A stretch of 45,973 nt of DNA, taken from an uncultured Collinsella sp. (lineage in GTDB: Bacteria; Actinomycetota; Coriobacteriia; Coriobacteriales; Coriobacteriaceae). This document shows positions 1 through 9,584 of the stretch, piece by piece. Position 1 is the stretch's first letter. Each line of letters opens with the position of its first letter. Location of the stretch: positions 1 to 45,973 of the forward strand of contig CAUBQN010000001.1 of assembly GCA_958438125.1 (NCBI GenBank), written 5' to 3'. Under the pieces are notes generated by a model that was not told where the DNA came from, made no database searches, and saw only the letters and a program-made list of their open reading frames with translations. The translations under genes and the position numbers were made by a program.

Positions 1-167
1 TCGACACCGCCGAGTTCGCGATCCCCGGCCTTGACGACGAGTTCCGCGTCATCGTGTCTCCGTGGATCCTCTCCTCGCTGATCACCGATCGCCTTGCCGC
101 TTACTACGAGACGGTCACCAAGCACAACCTCAACTACCGTCGTTACTATCACCAGTTCGACTACTAA
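1..167 (+). CDS. SIS-domain sugar-phosphate deglycase/isomerase (FrlB/GfrF-like), 3' end only
   Basis: Hand translation from base 3: DTAEFAIPGLDDEFRVIVSPWILSSLITDRLAAYYETVTKHNLNYRRYYHQFDY*. The C-terminal H.L..RRYY motif is typical of FrlB-like SIS proteins; lies directly upstream of a mannose-family PTS. Confidence 0.8.
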   Translation, partial: DTAEFAIPGLDDEFRVIVSPWILSSLITDRLAAYYETVTKHNLNYRRYYHQFDY

Positions 168-196
168 TAGTTGACCACTCATTTAAGAAGCACCCT

Positions 197-225
197 GCCC
201 GGGCGCATGCGTCCGGGCATTTTTA
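197..225 (+). terminator. Hairpin followed by a T-tract between the SIS gene and PTS IIA
   Basis: TGCCCGGGCGCATGCGTCCGGGCA then TTTTT. Confidence 0.45.
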
Positions 226-254
226 TGCCGAAATTCGCTAGGAAGGGGAATCGA

Positions 255-671
255 ATGAGGCAGTTTATCGTGGCGTCCCATGCTCATTTTGCGTCTGGAA
301 TCGTCGAGAGCATCGGCCTGCTTTCCGGCGAGCGCGAAAACGTCCATGCGCTCTCTATGTATGTCGACGGAAACGAGGACCTGACCAAGGAGGCCGCAGC
401 GATTCTGGACGGCTTTGCCGCGGACGATGAGGTCGTCGTTTGCACCGACCTCTTTGGCGGCAGTGTCAACAACGAGTTCACCAAGATCGTCCAGACGCGT
501 CCCAACACGCATCTGGTGACCAATATGAACCTGCCGCTCCTTATTCAGCTGCTGTTCGTGCCCGAATCCACCCCGATCGATGAGGCCATTCGCCAGATCG
601 TCGAGGCGGACGACACCAAGGTCAAGTACGTCAACGACCTGCTGGGGCAGGCCGAACTCGATGAGTTTTAA
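255..671 (+). CDS. PTS mannose/fructose/sorbose family EIIA
   Basis: MRQFIVASHAHFASG with phospho-His motif, plus TDLFGGSVNN and NMNLPLL; GGAAGGGG RBS before ATG 255 (ORF track start trimmed). Confidence 0.9.
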   Translation: MRQFIVASHAHFASGIVESIGLLSGERENVHALSMYVDGNEDLTKEAAAILDGFAADDEVVVCTDLFGGSVNNEFTKIVQTRPNTHLVTNMNLPLLIQLLFVPESTPIDEAIRQIVEADDTKVKYVNDLLGQAELDEF

Positions 672-688
672 TCACTAGGGAGCACATC

Positions 689-1159
689 ATGATTCAGATG
701 ATTCGCGTGGACTACCGACTGCTTCATGGCCAGGTTGCCGTTAGCTGGACCTCGGCTCTGGGTGCCGACTGCATCCTGTTGGTGAGCGACACGGTTCTCA
801 ATGACAAGCTTCGTCTGCAGGCCCTGTCCCTTGCAAAGCCGGAGGGCTGCAAAGTCGTCGTCAAAAACACCGAGGACGCCGTCAAGGCGCTTCAGAGCGG
901 TGTGACCGATAAGTACAAGCTCTTCGTGGTTTGCGAGACGATCCAGCAGGCCGGTGCCGTCGCCAAGGCGATGGGAGTCAAGAAGATCAACCTCGGCAAT
1001 GTTGCCTTTAGCGAGAATGCCCGCCAGGTCTCGACGAGCGTGTTCCTTACGCCCGAAAACGAGGCATACGTCAAAGAGCTGCTCGGCGAGGGCTATGAAC
1101 TGTTCATTCAGATGATTCCGGCAGATGCGAAGACTGACGCCGCGAAGGTCATCGGTTAG
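689..1159 (+). CDS. PTS mannose-family EIIB
   Basis: RVDYRLLHGQV motif and INLGN. Confidence 0.92.
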   Translation: MIQMIRVDYRLLHGQVAVSWTSALGADCILLVSDTVLNDKLRLQALSLAKPEGCKVVVKNTEDAVKALQSGVTDKYKLFVVCETIQQAGAVAKAMGVKKINLGNVAFSENARQVSTSVFLTPENEAYVKELLGEGYELFIQMIPADAKTDAAKVIG

Positions 1160-1167
1160 GGGCTGTC

Positions 1168-1959
1168 ATGGTTATCAAGACAATCCTGATTTTCCTGATT
1201 GCCCTTTTGGGCTATTCCGAGTGGCTGACGGGCACGAGCTACCTCCAGCGCCCGATTGTGCTCGGACCTCTGGTTGGCCTTGTCATGGGCGACATGGTGA
1301 CCGGCACGATCATGGGCGCCACGATGGAGCTTGCCATGGTCGGCGCCATCTCGGTCGGCGCCTATAACCCGCCCGATACGATTTCCGGCACTATCCTGGG
1401 CGTATCTCTTGCCATGCAGGCCGGCGCGGACGCTTCGGCGGCCCTGACCCTGGGCATTCCCATCGCAACGATCGTCCTGGCGCTCGATACTGCCCTGGGC
1501 CAGCCGGTGATGCTGCTGCTGGTGCACCGTATCGACAAAAACGTCGAGGACGGAGACACCAAGGCCATCACGCGCAACATGCTCATCGCCGGTTACGCGC
1601 AGAGCTGGTGCGGCCTGCTGATTATTCCCCTGGCATTCTTCTTTGGCGCCGATGCCGTCGCCAGCCTGCTCAACATCATCCCCGATTTCGTTCAGACCGG
1701 TATGGATGTCGCCGCCGCCTTCTTGCCCGCACTCGGTTTTGCAATGCTGGCTCAGATGATTATGAACAAGACGGTGGCGCCGTTCTTCTTCGCTGGCTTC
1801 TTCCTCGTCGCCTACTTTGGCATTAGCACGACGGGCGTGGCGATCTTTGCCGCGATCATCGTCGTCGCGATGACGGTTTTGGGTGACAAGAAAAAGGCGG
1901 AGCAGCCCGCAGTGGCAACCGAGGATCCTGCGATTGGGAGTGGGTTCGATGAGTTTTAA
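1168..1959 (+). CDS. PTS mannose-family EIIC
   Basis: QRPIVLGPLVGLVMGD...GATMEL; hydrophobic protein; LPALGFAML. Confidence 0.92.
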   Translation: MVIKTILIFLIALLGYSEWLTGTSYLQRPIVLGPLVGLVMGDMVTGTIMGATMELAMVGAISVGAYNPPDTISGTILGVSLAMQAGADASAALTLGIPIATIVLALDTALGQPVMLLLVHRIDKNVEDGDTKAITRNMLIAGYAQSWCGLLIIPLAFFFGADAVASLLNIIPDFVQTGMDVAAAFLPALGFAMLAQMIMNKTVAPFFFAGFFLVAYFGISTTGVAIFAAIIVVAMTVLGDKKKAEQPAVATEDPAIGSGFDEF

Positions 1960-2785
1960 GTTTGAGTCTTCTTACGACGGGCTGATTTCCCGCGCAGACC
2001 TTAAGAAGCTGTTCTGGCGCTCGATTCCCTATGAGCATTCCTGGAACTACGAGCGTATGGGCCATATCGGCTTTATGTGGGCCCTTATGCCGATCCTTCG
2101 CAAGCTGTATCCGCAGGATGCGGACTTTAAGGCCGCCCTCAAGCGCCATATGGAGCTCTATAACGTCACGCCGTACATCTCGACGCTCCCCATGTCCATC
2201 GCCGCTGCAATGGAGGAGGTCAACGCTACTGACGATAGCTTTGACACGAGCGCGATCTCTAATGTCAAGCTTGCTTTGATGGGGCCGCTGTCCGGCGTGG
2301 GCGATGCCTTCTACTGGGGCACGCTGCGAATTTTGGCAACGGGTGTCGGCACGTCGCTGGCGCTACAGGGCTCTATTCTTGGCCCGATTTTGTTCCTGCT
2401 CGTGTTCAATGTCCCTCACTACATCATCCGTTACCTGCTGACGTTTGTGGGGTATCGCTTTGGCTCGGACATGATCAGCAAGGTCCAGGAATCGGGCATT
2501 ATGGACACGATCGTCAAGATGGCCTCTATCATGGGCGCCATGGTGATCGGCGCTATGACCATGGAGATGGTCACCGTGGACATTCCGCTCATGGTCGGTG
2601 CGGGCGATGGTGCTCAGACGCTGGCCGAGCTGCTCAACGGAATCTTCCCGGGCTTTGTCACGATGGGGCTGTTTGGAATCGTCTATCTCATGCTCAAGAA
2701 GAAGATGAATCCGCTGGTCATCATGCTCGTGATCCTGCTCGTGAGTATCGCCGGCGCGTTCTTTGGAGTGCTTGGTGTTCAGTAG
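1949..2785 (+). CDS. PTS mannose-family EIID
   Basis: SWNYERM, KRHMELYNVTP, KLALMGPLSGVGDAFYW; ATG 1949 overlaps the EIIC end. Confidence 0.92.
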   Translation: MSFKFESSYDGLISRADLKKLFWRSIPYEHSWNYERMGHIGFMWALMPILRKLYPQDADFKAALKRHMELYNVTPYISTLPMSIAAAMEEVNATDDSFDTSAISNVKLALMGPLSGVGDAFYWGTLRILATGVGTSLALQGSILGPILFLLVFNVPHYIIRYLLTFVGYRFGSDMISKVQESGIMDTIVKMASIMGAMVIGAMTMEMVTVDIPLMVGAGDGAQTLAELLNGIFPGFVTMGLFGIVYLMLKKKMNPLVIMLVILLVSIAGAFFGVLGVQ

Positions 2786-2868
2786 GGCATCCGTCATAAT
2801 GAGAATAATGTAAGAGGGGGCGTCGCGCGCACTGTGCTGCGGCGCCCTTTTGCCGAAAGGTGGACAAG

Positions 2869-3705
2869 ATGGAGTATCCGCAGCTTGCCGTCATGAATAT
2901 CAGCCATCGTTATTTTGACCTTGAGGAATTCTTTTCTTCGGCAGCGGCCTCGGGCTACACGTGTTGCGAGCTTTGGACCGGGGCGATGCATCTGTATGTC
3001 GATTGCCATGGATACGATTCGCTCGAGCAGGTGCGGGAGCTGTCGCAGCGGTATGGGGTTCGGATTGTGGGGCTTTGTCCCGAACAGAACAACCCCAAGC
3101 CGTGGAATATCGCGGCGCGTGGGAATGAGGCGCGTGCCCGCACGCTCGCGTACTTTAAGAACGTTGTGGATATCGCGGCGGAACTTGGAGCCGAGCAGGT
3201 CATGGTCTCGAGCGGCTGGGCATTTTTGAACGAGCCGATCGAGGACGCGTGGGGTCGCAGCGCCTCGATGCTGCGTGCGATTGCCGAGCATGCGGGAGAG
3301 CGCGGCGTGCGACTGGTGCTCGAGGCCCTACAGCCGGTTGAGTCGATGATCGTGAACTCGGCGGCCGACACGAAGCGCATGATCGAGGCAGTTGATCATC
3401 CGGCACTTAAGGCGTGTCTGGATTTGGGCGCTATGGCGGTGGCAGGGGATACCATCGACGATTATTTCGATCTGCTTGGCGATGATGTCGCCCACGTGCA
3501 TTTTGTCGATGTTGCGGCAGATGGCACGACGCATCTTGCCTGGGGTGACGGCGACCGCGATATGCGCGCCGACCTGGATAGGCTGGTGGCGCGCGGCTAT
3601 CGCGGAGTTGTTTCGGCCGAGACCTATGACGGGCGCTATTTCGCCGACCCCGCAGCTGCCGATGCGCAGGTAATGGCAGAGTATCGTCGTGCGATTGGCG
3701 CCTAG
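2869..3705 (+). CDS. Sugar phosphate isomerase/epimerase (TIM barrel, FrlC-like)
   Basis: ELW...H, LEALQPVES, CLDLGAM and HVHFVD...HLAWGDG metal motifs; start may instead be GTG 2860. Confidence 0.8.
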   Translation: MEYPQLAVMNISHRYFDLEEFFSSAAASGYTCCELWTGAMHLYVDCHGYDSLEQVRELSQRYGVRIVGLCPEQNNPKPWNIAARGNEARARTLAYFKNVVDIAAELGAEQVMVSSGWAFLNEPIEDAWGRSASMLRAIAEHAGERGVRLVLEALQPVESMIVNSAADTKRMIEAVDHPALKACLDLGAMAVAGDTIDDYFDLLGDDVAHVHFVDVAADGTTHLAWGDGDRDMRADLDRLVARGYRGVVSAETYDGRYFADPAAADAQVMAEYRRAIGA

Positions 3706-3807
3706 GCGGGTTTGGGTTGCGGCGATCTGCCCTATGTTTCCAAATGAATACGGCGTGAGCGGCTGCGATGGATTTTCCCCGCAAACACTCTAGTATGCTA
3801 AAGTACC

Positions 3808-3839
3808 CAGAAGACCGGCGGAGCTATGCCGGTCTTCTG
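3808..3839 (+). promoter_or_regulatory. 12-bp perfect inverted repeat in the his operon leader
   Basis: CAGAAGACCGGC-N8-GCCGGTCTTCTG, just downstream of a TATGCT -10-like hexamer (3794-3799). Confidence 0.5.
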
Positions 3840-3874
3840 TTCTATATGAAACACAGCATGAGGAGGCTCACCAG

Positions 3875-5590
3875 ATGACGGCCACACCGTGGGGATTCCG
3901 GGACATATTGCCCGAGGAGGCTCAGGCGCGCGAGGAGATCGCATGTACGGTGAAGGGCTGCTTTAGGGAGCATCATTACCTGCCGGTCGAGACGCCGCTG
4001 CTCGAGGACAAGGGTTCGCTCGAGGAAGGCGGCCGCATCGCGGACACGCCGTTCAAGCTTTTTGATGACGACGGTCGCCTGCTGGTGGTCCGTCCCGACA
4101 ACACACTGCCGATTGTGCGCCTGGTTTCGACCCGCATGCGCGCGGCCGATCTGCCGCTGCGCCTGCGCTACGAGGCGCCGGTGGTTCGCGAGTGCCAGCG
4201 CAATGCCGGTGGCTCGCGTCAGTTTACGCAACTGGGCTTTGAGCTCATCGGTGCGGGCGACACTGCGGGCGATGTCGAGATTGTCTCGCTGGTGGCCGAG
4301 GCCGTGCGCAAGCTGGCACTTCCCGATGCGCGCATTATCGCGGGCAGCGTGCGTCCGTTTAAGGAATTGCTCGCGGCGTGCGAGGATCGCGAACTGGCTG
4401 CCGAGGCGCTGCGCTGCGTGCACGCTAACGACTTTGTGGGCCTCGATGCCCGCGTGGCGGCAAGCGCCGAGCCCGATGCCGTCAAGGCCGCCATTAGCGA
4501 GCTGCCGCGTCTGCACGGCGGTGCCGGGGTGCTCGACCGCGTCGATGCGCTGCTGGCGGCGGCGGGCATTGTTGCGCCGCTCACGCGCGAGCTGCGTGCC
4601 CTGGTCGAGGGCCTGGCTCCCGAGGATGCCCAGGTGCTGTCCTTCGACTTCTCCATCATGAACTCGTTTGATTACTACACGGGTCTGGTCTTTAAGGCCT
4701 ATGCCGGCGGCCTGCCCGATCCGGTGGGTTCGGGTGGACGCTACGACTCCATCTTTACCGGTGCATTTGGCGACGGCATCGAGGTGCCGGCGGCGGGCTT
4801 CGCCTTTTCGCTCGAGCGTCTGGAGGCCGCGCACACCTCGGCCGAGGACGCTGCTTCCGATGGCGACCATGCCGTGGGGCGCGGTGCTGAGGGTCCGCTG
4901 CGCATTGCCGTGCCCAAGGGCTCGCTTAAGGCCGACACACTTGACGTGCTCGAGGCCGCGGGCCTGGACGTCTCTGAGCTGCGCGATCCTGGTCGTCACC
5001 TCATCGTGCGCGGCCGCGACACACACGCCGGTGAGGGTTCGGTCGGCGATATCGAGTTTGTCATCGTGCGTCCCAGCGACGCGCCCGCCTTTGTGGGTTG
5101 CGGCGGTGCCGACTGCGGCATCTGCGGTTGGGACTCGCTTATCGAGGCAGACCTCAACCTGCTGCAGCTGGTCGATCTGGGCTACGGTCTGTGTACCTTT
5201 ATCGAGGCGGAGCCCGCGTGGCGCGCCGGCCAGGCCGAGCGCAACTATGCCCGCCGCGGGTCGCTTCGCGTGGCCACCAAGTACCCGCGCATCGCGAGCG
5301 CCTGGTATGCCGAGCGCGGCGTGAACGCCGACATCGTTTCGCTGCACGGCAACATCGAGCTGGGCCCCATTGTCGGCATGACCGACCGTATCGTAGACAT
5401 CACCGCCACGGGCGCCACGCTGCGTGACAACGACCTGGTTATTACTGGTCGCATTATGGACTGCACGGCGCGCTTCTTCGTCAATCCGGGTGCCGCTCGC
5501 TTGGATCCGCGCGTGCGTAATCTGGCAGATCGCCTGGCCGCGGCCGTGAAGGACAAGCATTTTGAGCCCGTCGCGGGCTCGGCGCAATAG
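3875..5590 (+). CDS. hisZ-hisG: Fused ATP phosphoribosyltransferase: HisZ regulatory domain plus short-form HisG
   Basis: N-terminal HisRS-like motifs (PWGFRDILP, VRPDNT, RQFTQLGFELIG, DYYTGLVF, GGRYD); from about 4898 HisG motifs (LRIAVPKG, VRPSD, VATKYP, GNIELGP, IVDITATGATLRDN). No internal stop. Confidence 0.9.
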   Translation: MTATPWGFRDILPEEAQAREEIACTVKGCFREHHYLPVETPLLEDKGSLEEGGRIADTPFKLFDDDGRLLVVRPDNTLPIVRLVSTRMRAADLPLRLRYEAPVVRECQRNAGGSRQFTQLGFELIGAGDTAGDVEIVSLVAEAVRKLALPDARIIAGSVRPFKELLAACEDRELAAEALRCVHANDFVGLDARVAASAEPDAVKAAISELPRLHGGAGVLDRVDALLAAAGIVAPLTRELRALVEGLAPEDAQVLSFDFSIMNSFDYYTGLVFKAYAGGLPDPVGSGGRYDSIFTGAFGDGIEVPAAGFAFSLERLEAAHTSAEDAASDGDHAVGRGAEGPLRIAVPKGSLKADTLDVLEAAGLDVSELRDPGRHLIVRGRDTHAGEGSVGDIEFVIVRPSDAPAFVGCGGADCGICGWDSLIEADLNLLQLVDLGYGLCTFIEAEPAWRAGQAERNYARRGSLRVATKYPRIASAWYAERGVNADIVSLHGNIELGPIVGMTDRIVDITATGATLRDNDLVITGRIMDCTARFFVNPGAARLDPRVRNLADRLAAAVKDKHFEPVAGSAQ

Positions 5591-5695
5591 CGCGAGCACG
5601 CACGGGCACCCCAACGTACGGGCTGCGGGCCGATTGGCGCCGCCGCCCGGCCTTTCGTTTTTCAGACGCAACCTCGACCGATAGGGGATACCGAT

Positions 5696-7132
5696 ATGAA
5701 GACCATCAAGCTTGCTCCCGGTGAGCGCCTCGTTACCAACCAGCTCAACCGCAAGGGCGTGCTGCCGCAAAACATCGTCGACGCTGCCCGCGATATCGTA
5801 GCCAACGTGCGCGCCAACGGCGATGCCGCGGTGCGCGATTATTGCCAGCGTTTTGATGGTGTTGAGCTGCAGAGCTTCCGTCTGCCGCAGGAGCAGGTCG
5901 ATGCCGCGCTCGAAGGCCTCGATCCGGCCTTTGTCGCCGCACTTGAGAAGGCCGCGCGCCAGATTCGCGAGTTCCACCAGCGCGAGGTCGAGCGGAGCTG
6001 GTTTACCACGCGTCCGGACGGCACAATGCTCGGCGTTAAAGTGACCCCGCTTGCTGCGGCCGGCATCTACGTGCCGGGCGGTCGCGCGCAGTATCCCTCC
6101 ACCGTGCTCATGAACGCCATTCCCGCCAAGGTGGCCGGCGTCAAGCGCGTGGTCATGGTGACTCCGCCGCAAAAAGATGGCCTGATCAGCCCGTATACGC
6201 TTGCGGCTGCCAAGCTCGGAGGCGTGGACGAGATCTATATGGTGGGCGGCGCCCAGGCCGTGGCCGCGCTGGCGTACGGCACCGAGACCATTCCGCGTGT
6301 CGACAAGATCACCGGCCCGGGCAACGCCTTTGTCGCCGCTGCCAAACAGATTGTCTCGGGTGATGTGGGTATCGACATGGTCGCTGGCCCGTCCGAGGTC
6401 TGCGTGCTGGCCGACGCCACGGCCAAGCCCATGGTGGTCGCGGCCGACCTGATGGCCCAGGCCGAGCATGATCCGTTGGCGGCCTGCTATCTGGTGACCT
6501 GCGACGAACAGTTTGCGCGCGAGGTCGAGGCGGGTATCGACATCCTGGTGGCGCAGTCCCCGCGTGCCGAGATCACGCGCGCCTCGCTCGATAACGAGGG
6601 CACCATCGTGGTGGCCGCCGACATGGCTGCCGCCGTCGAGGCGGTGAACACCGTGGCGCCCGAGCACCTGGAGCTGTACTGCAAGGATGCGATGGGCCTG
6701 CTTGGCGGTATTCGCAACGCCGGCGCCATCTTCGTGGGCGCTTGGAGCTCCGAGCCGCTCGGCGATTATGTTGCCGGCCCCAACCACACGCTGCCGACCG
6801 GCGGCACGGCCATGTTCTCCAACCCGCTTTCGGTGGAGGAGTTCGTCAAGCGCTCGAGTGTCATTTGCTACACACCCGAGGGCCTGCTCTCCGACGCTCC
6901 CGCCACGCAGCGTCTAGCCGAGGCCGAGGGTCTGTGGGCGCACGCGCTTTCCGCCGCACTGCGCCGCCGCGTGTTGGAGCAGGGCGAGGATGCCGTGAGC
7001 GCTGAGTCTCTCGCCGCGGCCGACCTGACCAAGGTCGCCTGGCCGGGCGACGCCGTGGCGACGGTTGCCGAGGGCGTTGACCTGGCGGCTGCGGGCGCGG
7101 GTGGCGTTGGCGCGACTGGCAAGGAGGCCTAA
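5696..7132 (+). CDS. hisD: Histidinol dehydrogenase
   Basis: [49 protein letters not shown]. Confidence 0.97.
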   Translation: MKTIKLAPGERLVTNQLNRKGVLPQNIVDAARDIVANVRANGDAAVRDYCQRFDGVELQSFRLPQEQVDAALEGLDPAFVAALEKAARQIREFHQREVERSWFTTRPDGTMLGVKVTPLAAAGIYVPGGRAQYPSTVLMNAIPAKVAGVKRVVMVTPPQKDGLISPYTLAAAKLGGVDEIYMVGGAQAVAALAYGTETIPRVDKITGPGNAFVAAAKQIVSGDVGIDMVAGPSEVCVLADATAKPMVVAADLMAQAEHDPLAACYLVTCDEQFAREVEAGIDILVAQSPRAEITRASLDNEGTIVVAADMAAAVEAVNTVAPEHLELYCKDAMGLLGGIRNAGAIFVGAWSSEPLGDYVAGPNHTLPTGGTAMFSNPLSVEEFVKRSSVICYTPEGLLSDAPATQRLAEAEGLWAHALSAALRRRVLEQGEDAVSAESLAAADLTKVAWPGDAVATVAEGVDLAAAGAGGVGATGKEA

Positions 7133-7133
7133 T

Positions 7134-8249
7134 ATGGCCGAGCTGACGCCCCGCATGAAGGAGCTCGTCCAGCCCTACTTGGCCGGCATTGAGCCCTACG
7201 ATCCCAACTTTACGCCCACGCGCATCAACCTTTCGGCCAACGAGAACACCTATCCCGTGCCGGCCGGCGTGCGCGAGGCGGTCGACGCTGCCCTGGCTGC
7301 CACGCTGCTCAACCGCTACCCCGATCCCATGTCCAACGACCTGCGCGACGAGCTCGCCGCTTGGCATGGCGTGACGCGCGAGAATATCTGCGTGGGCAAC
7401 GGTGGAGACGAGCTGCTCTATAACTACCTGCTGGCGTTTGGCGGCGCGGGACGGACCCTGCTCAACTGCCCGCCGTGCTTTAGCGAGTACGCGTTCTTTG
7501 CGTCGCTCTGCCAGACCGAGGTGCGCGACGTGTGGCGCGACCCGGCGACCTTTGAGCTCGACCAGGCTGCCGTGCTTGCGGCGGCGCCCGAGTGCAGCCT
7601 GGCGATCGTGACCTCGCCCAACAATCCCACGGGCGACGTGGCTTCGCTCGGCTTTGTCGCGGCCCTGTGCGATGCGTGCCCCGGCATGGTAATGGTCGAC
7701 GAGGCCTACGTTGAGTTTGCCGACAATTCGTTTGGCGCGGCCACCACGGCGCAAGGCCTTATCGCCGAGCATCCCAACCTGGTGATTCTGCATACGCTGT
7801 CCAAGGCGTTTGGCGCCGCCGGCGCGCGTCTGGGTTATGTGATCGCGGCACCCGAGGTCATCGACGTGTTCGCGGCGATTCGCCAGATCTATTCGGTCAA
7901 CGTGCTGAGCCAGGCAACCGCGCTTGCCTGCGTGCGTGCCCGCGATGCGTACACGCCCGTGGTGGCGCAGGTCGCATCCGAGCGCGAGCGCGAGCTGTGC
8001 GCCCTGCGCGCAATGGCTGCCGAGGGCCTGCCTGTGGAGGCATGGCCGAGCGCGGCGAACTTTGTGCTCGTGCGCACGCCGCATGCCACGCGCGTGCGTG
8101 AGCGCCTGCGCGACGAGTATTCGATTTTGGTGCGCGACTTTAGCTGCGCGCCGGGCCTTGCGGACTGCCTGCGCATCACTGTTGGCACGCCGCAGGAAAA
8201 CGATGAGGTGCTGGCTGCGTTTGCCGCGCTGGTGAAGGAGGAGATGTAG
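7134..8249 (+). CDS. hisC: Histidinol-phosphate aminotransferase
   Basis: LSANEN, NRYPD, GNGGDE, SPNNPTG, VDEAY, TLSKAFGAAGARLGY; AAGGAGG RBS before ATG 7134. Confidence 0.95.
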   Translation: MAELTPRMKELVQPYLAGIEPYDPNFTPTRINLSANENTYPVPAGVREAVDAALAATLLNRYPDPMSNDLRDELAAWHGVTRENICVGNGGDELLYNYLLAFGGAGRTLLNCPPCFSEYAFFASLCQTEVRDVWRDPATFELDQAAVLAAAPECSLAIVTSPNNPTGDVASLGFVAALCDACPGMVMVDEAYVEFADNSFGAATTAQGLIAEHPNLVILHTLSKAFGAAGARLGYVIAAPEVIDVFAAIRQIYSVNVLSQATALACVRARDAYTPVVAQVASERERELCALRAMAAEGLPVEAWPSAANFVLVRTPHATRVRERLRDEYSILVRDFSCAPGLADCLRITVGTPQENDEVLAAFAALVKEEM

Positions 8250-8837
8250 ATGGGCCGCTATGCCGAGGTGACCCGCAAGACGGGGGAGACCGACATTGTC
8301 GTCAAGCTCGACCTGGACGGATGCGGCGTGTGCGATATCTCGACGGGCGTACCGTTTTTCGACCACATGCTCAACGCCTTTGGTCGCCATGGACTGTTTG
8401 ATTTGACGGTGCATGCGGTAGGCGACGTTGAGGTCGACGCGCACCATACCGTCGAGGACACGGGCATTGTGCTGGGCGAGGCGTTTTGCCAAGCGTTGGG
8501 CAACAAGGCGGGCATTACGCGCTTTGCCGACGCAGCGATCGCCATGGACGAGACGCTCGTGATGGCTGCCGTGGACATTTCGGGTCGCGGCCAGGCCTAC
8601 TGCGAGCTGCCCGTGCCGACCGAGCGCGTGGGCAGCTTCGATACCGAGCTGGCCGTTGAATTCTTCTATGCCTTCGCACGCGATGCCAAGCTCACGCTGC
8701 ACGTGCGCGAACTGGCGGGTGACAACTCGCATCACATTATCGAGGCCGCCTTTAAGGCCGTGGGCCGCACGATGCGCCACGCCTGCGAGCTCGATCCCCG
8801 CGTGCAGGGCATCCCCAGCACCAAGGGCTCACTGTAA
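8250..8837 (+). CDS. hisB: Imidazoleglycerol-phosphate dehydratase
   Basis: RKTGET, FFDHML, DAHHTVED, NSHHIIEAAFKA, PSTKG. Confidence 0.97.
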   Translation: MGRYAEVTRKTGETDIVVKLDLDGCGVCDISTGVPFFDHMLNAFGRHGLFDLTVHAVGDVEVDAHHTVEDTGIVLGEAFCQALGNKAGITRFADAAIAMDETLVMAAVDISGRGQAYCELPVPTERVGSFDTELAVEFFYAFARDAKLTLHVRELAGDNSHHIIEAAFKAVGRTMRHACELDPRVQGIPSTKGSL

Positions 8838-8882
8838 CCTGCCCCTTTTTGGCAGGTTTTGAATGGGAAAAGGGAGGGTCGC

Positions 8883-9584
8883 GTGGGCGAACCGAAGATC
8901 GTGGTGGTCGACTACCACAAGGGCAACTTGTCGAGCGTCGTGCGCGGGCTTGCACGCGCCGGTGCCGCCGCCTGCACGTCGGACAATCCGGAGCAGATCC
9001 GCAACGCCGACGGCCTGGTCATTCCGGGCGTGGGCGCGTTCTATGACGCGATTGCCTTTATGCGCCAGAGCGGCGAGGAGACGGCCGTGCTCGATGCCGT
9101 CGCCGCTGGAACTCCGCTGCTCGGCATCTGCCTGGGCCTTCAGCTATTTTTTGAGCGCGGCAACGAGGGCGTGCCGGCGGACGAGGGCGCGGTTGCGGAC
9201 GGAAACGCTCCCGAGCAAGCTGGCGGTCCCTGGGTCAATGGCCTGGGTATTATGCGCGGCTCGTGCACGCGCCTGGAGTCGAGCCGCCTGAAGGTGCCGC
9301 ACGTGGGCTGGGGCCAGGTGCACATGACGTCCGCCGGTGCGGCTGATCCGCTGCTTGCCGGTTTTGCCGAGGGCGCCAACATGTACTTCACCCACAGCTA
9401 CGCGGTGGCCGACGACGTCGATGCCGCCGATGTGTTGGCGCGCACGCACTATACACGGAGTTTCCCGTGCATCGTGCGCCATGGCAACGTGTGGGGCTGC
9501 CAGTTCCATCCCGAGAAATCCTCCGCGCTGGGTCAGCGCATCCTTAAGAACTTCGTCAACATCGTCGAGGAGGTCGGCCGATGA
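8883..9584 (+). CDS. hisH: IGP synthase glutamine amidotransferase subunit
   Basis: PGVGAF, LGICLGLQ, QFHPEKS; GTG start 8883 after GGGAGG. Confidence 0.95.
   Translation: MGEPKIVVVDYHKGNLSSVVRGLARAGAAACTSDNPEQIRNADGLVIPGVGAFYDAIAFMRQSGEETAVLDAVAAGTPLLGICLGLQLFFERGNEGVPADEGAVADGNAPEQAGGPWVNGLGIMRGSCTRLESSRLKVPHVGWGQVHMTSAGAADPLLAGFAEGANMYFTHSYAVADDVDAADVLARTHYTRSFPCIVRHGNVWGCQFHPEKSSALGQRILKNFVNIVEEVGR

Noticed and set aside
3842..6787. 981-aa antisense ORF (also 6861-8780, 30958-33324, 22188-23525, 33586-34920)
   Set aside because: Shadow ORFs opposite well-supported genes; expected from high-GC codon bias; no recognisable motifs.
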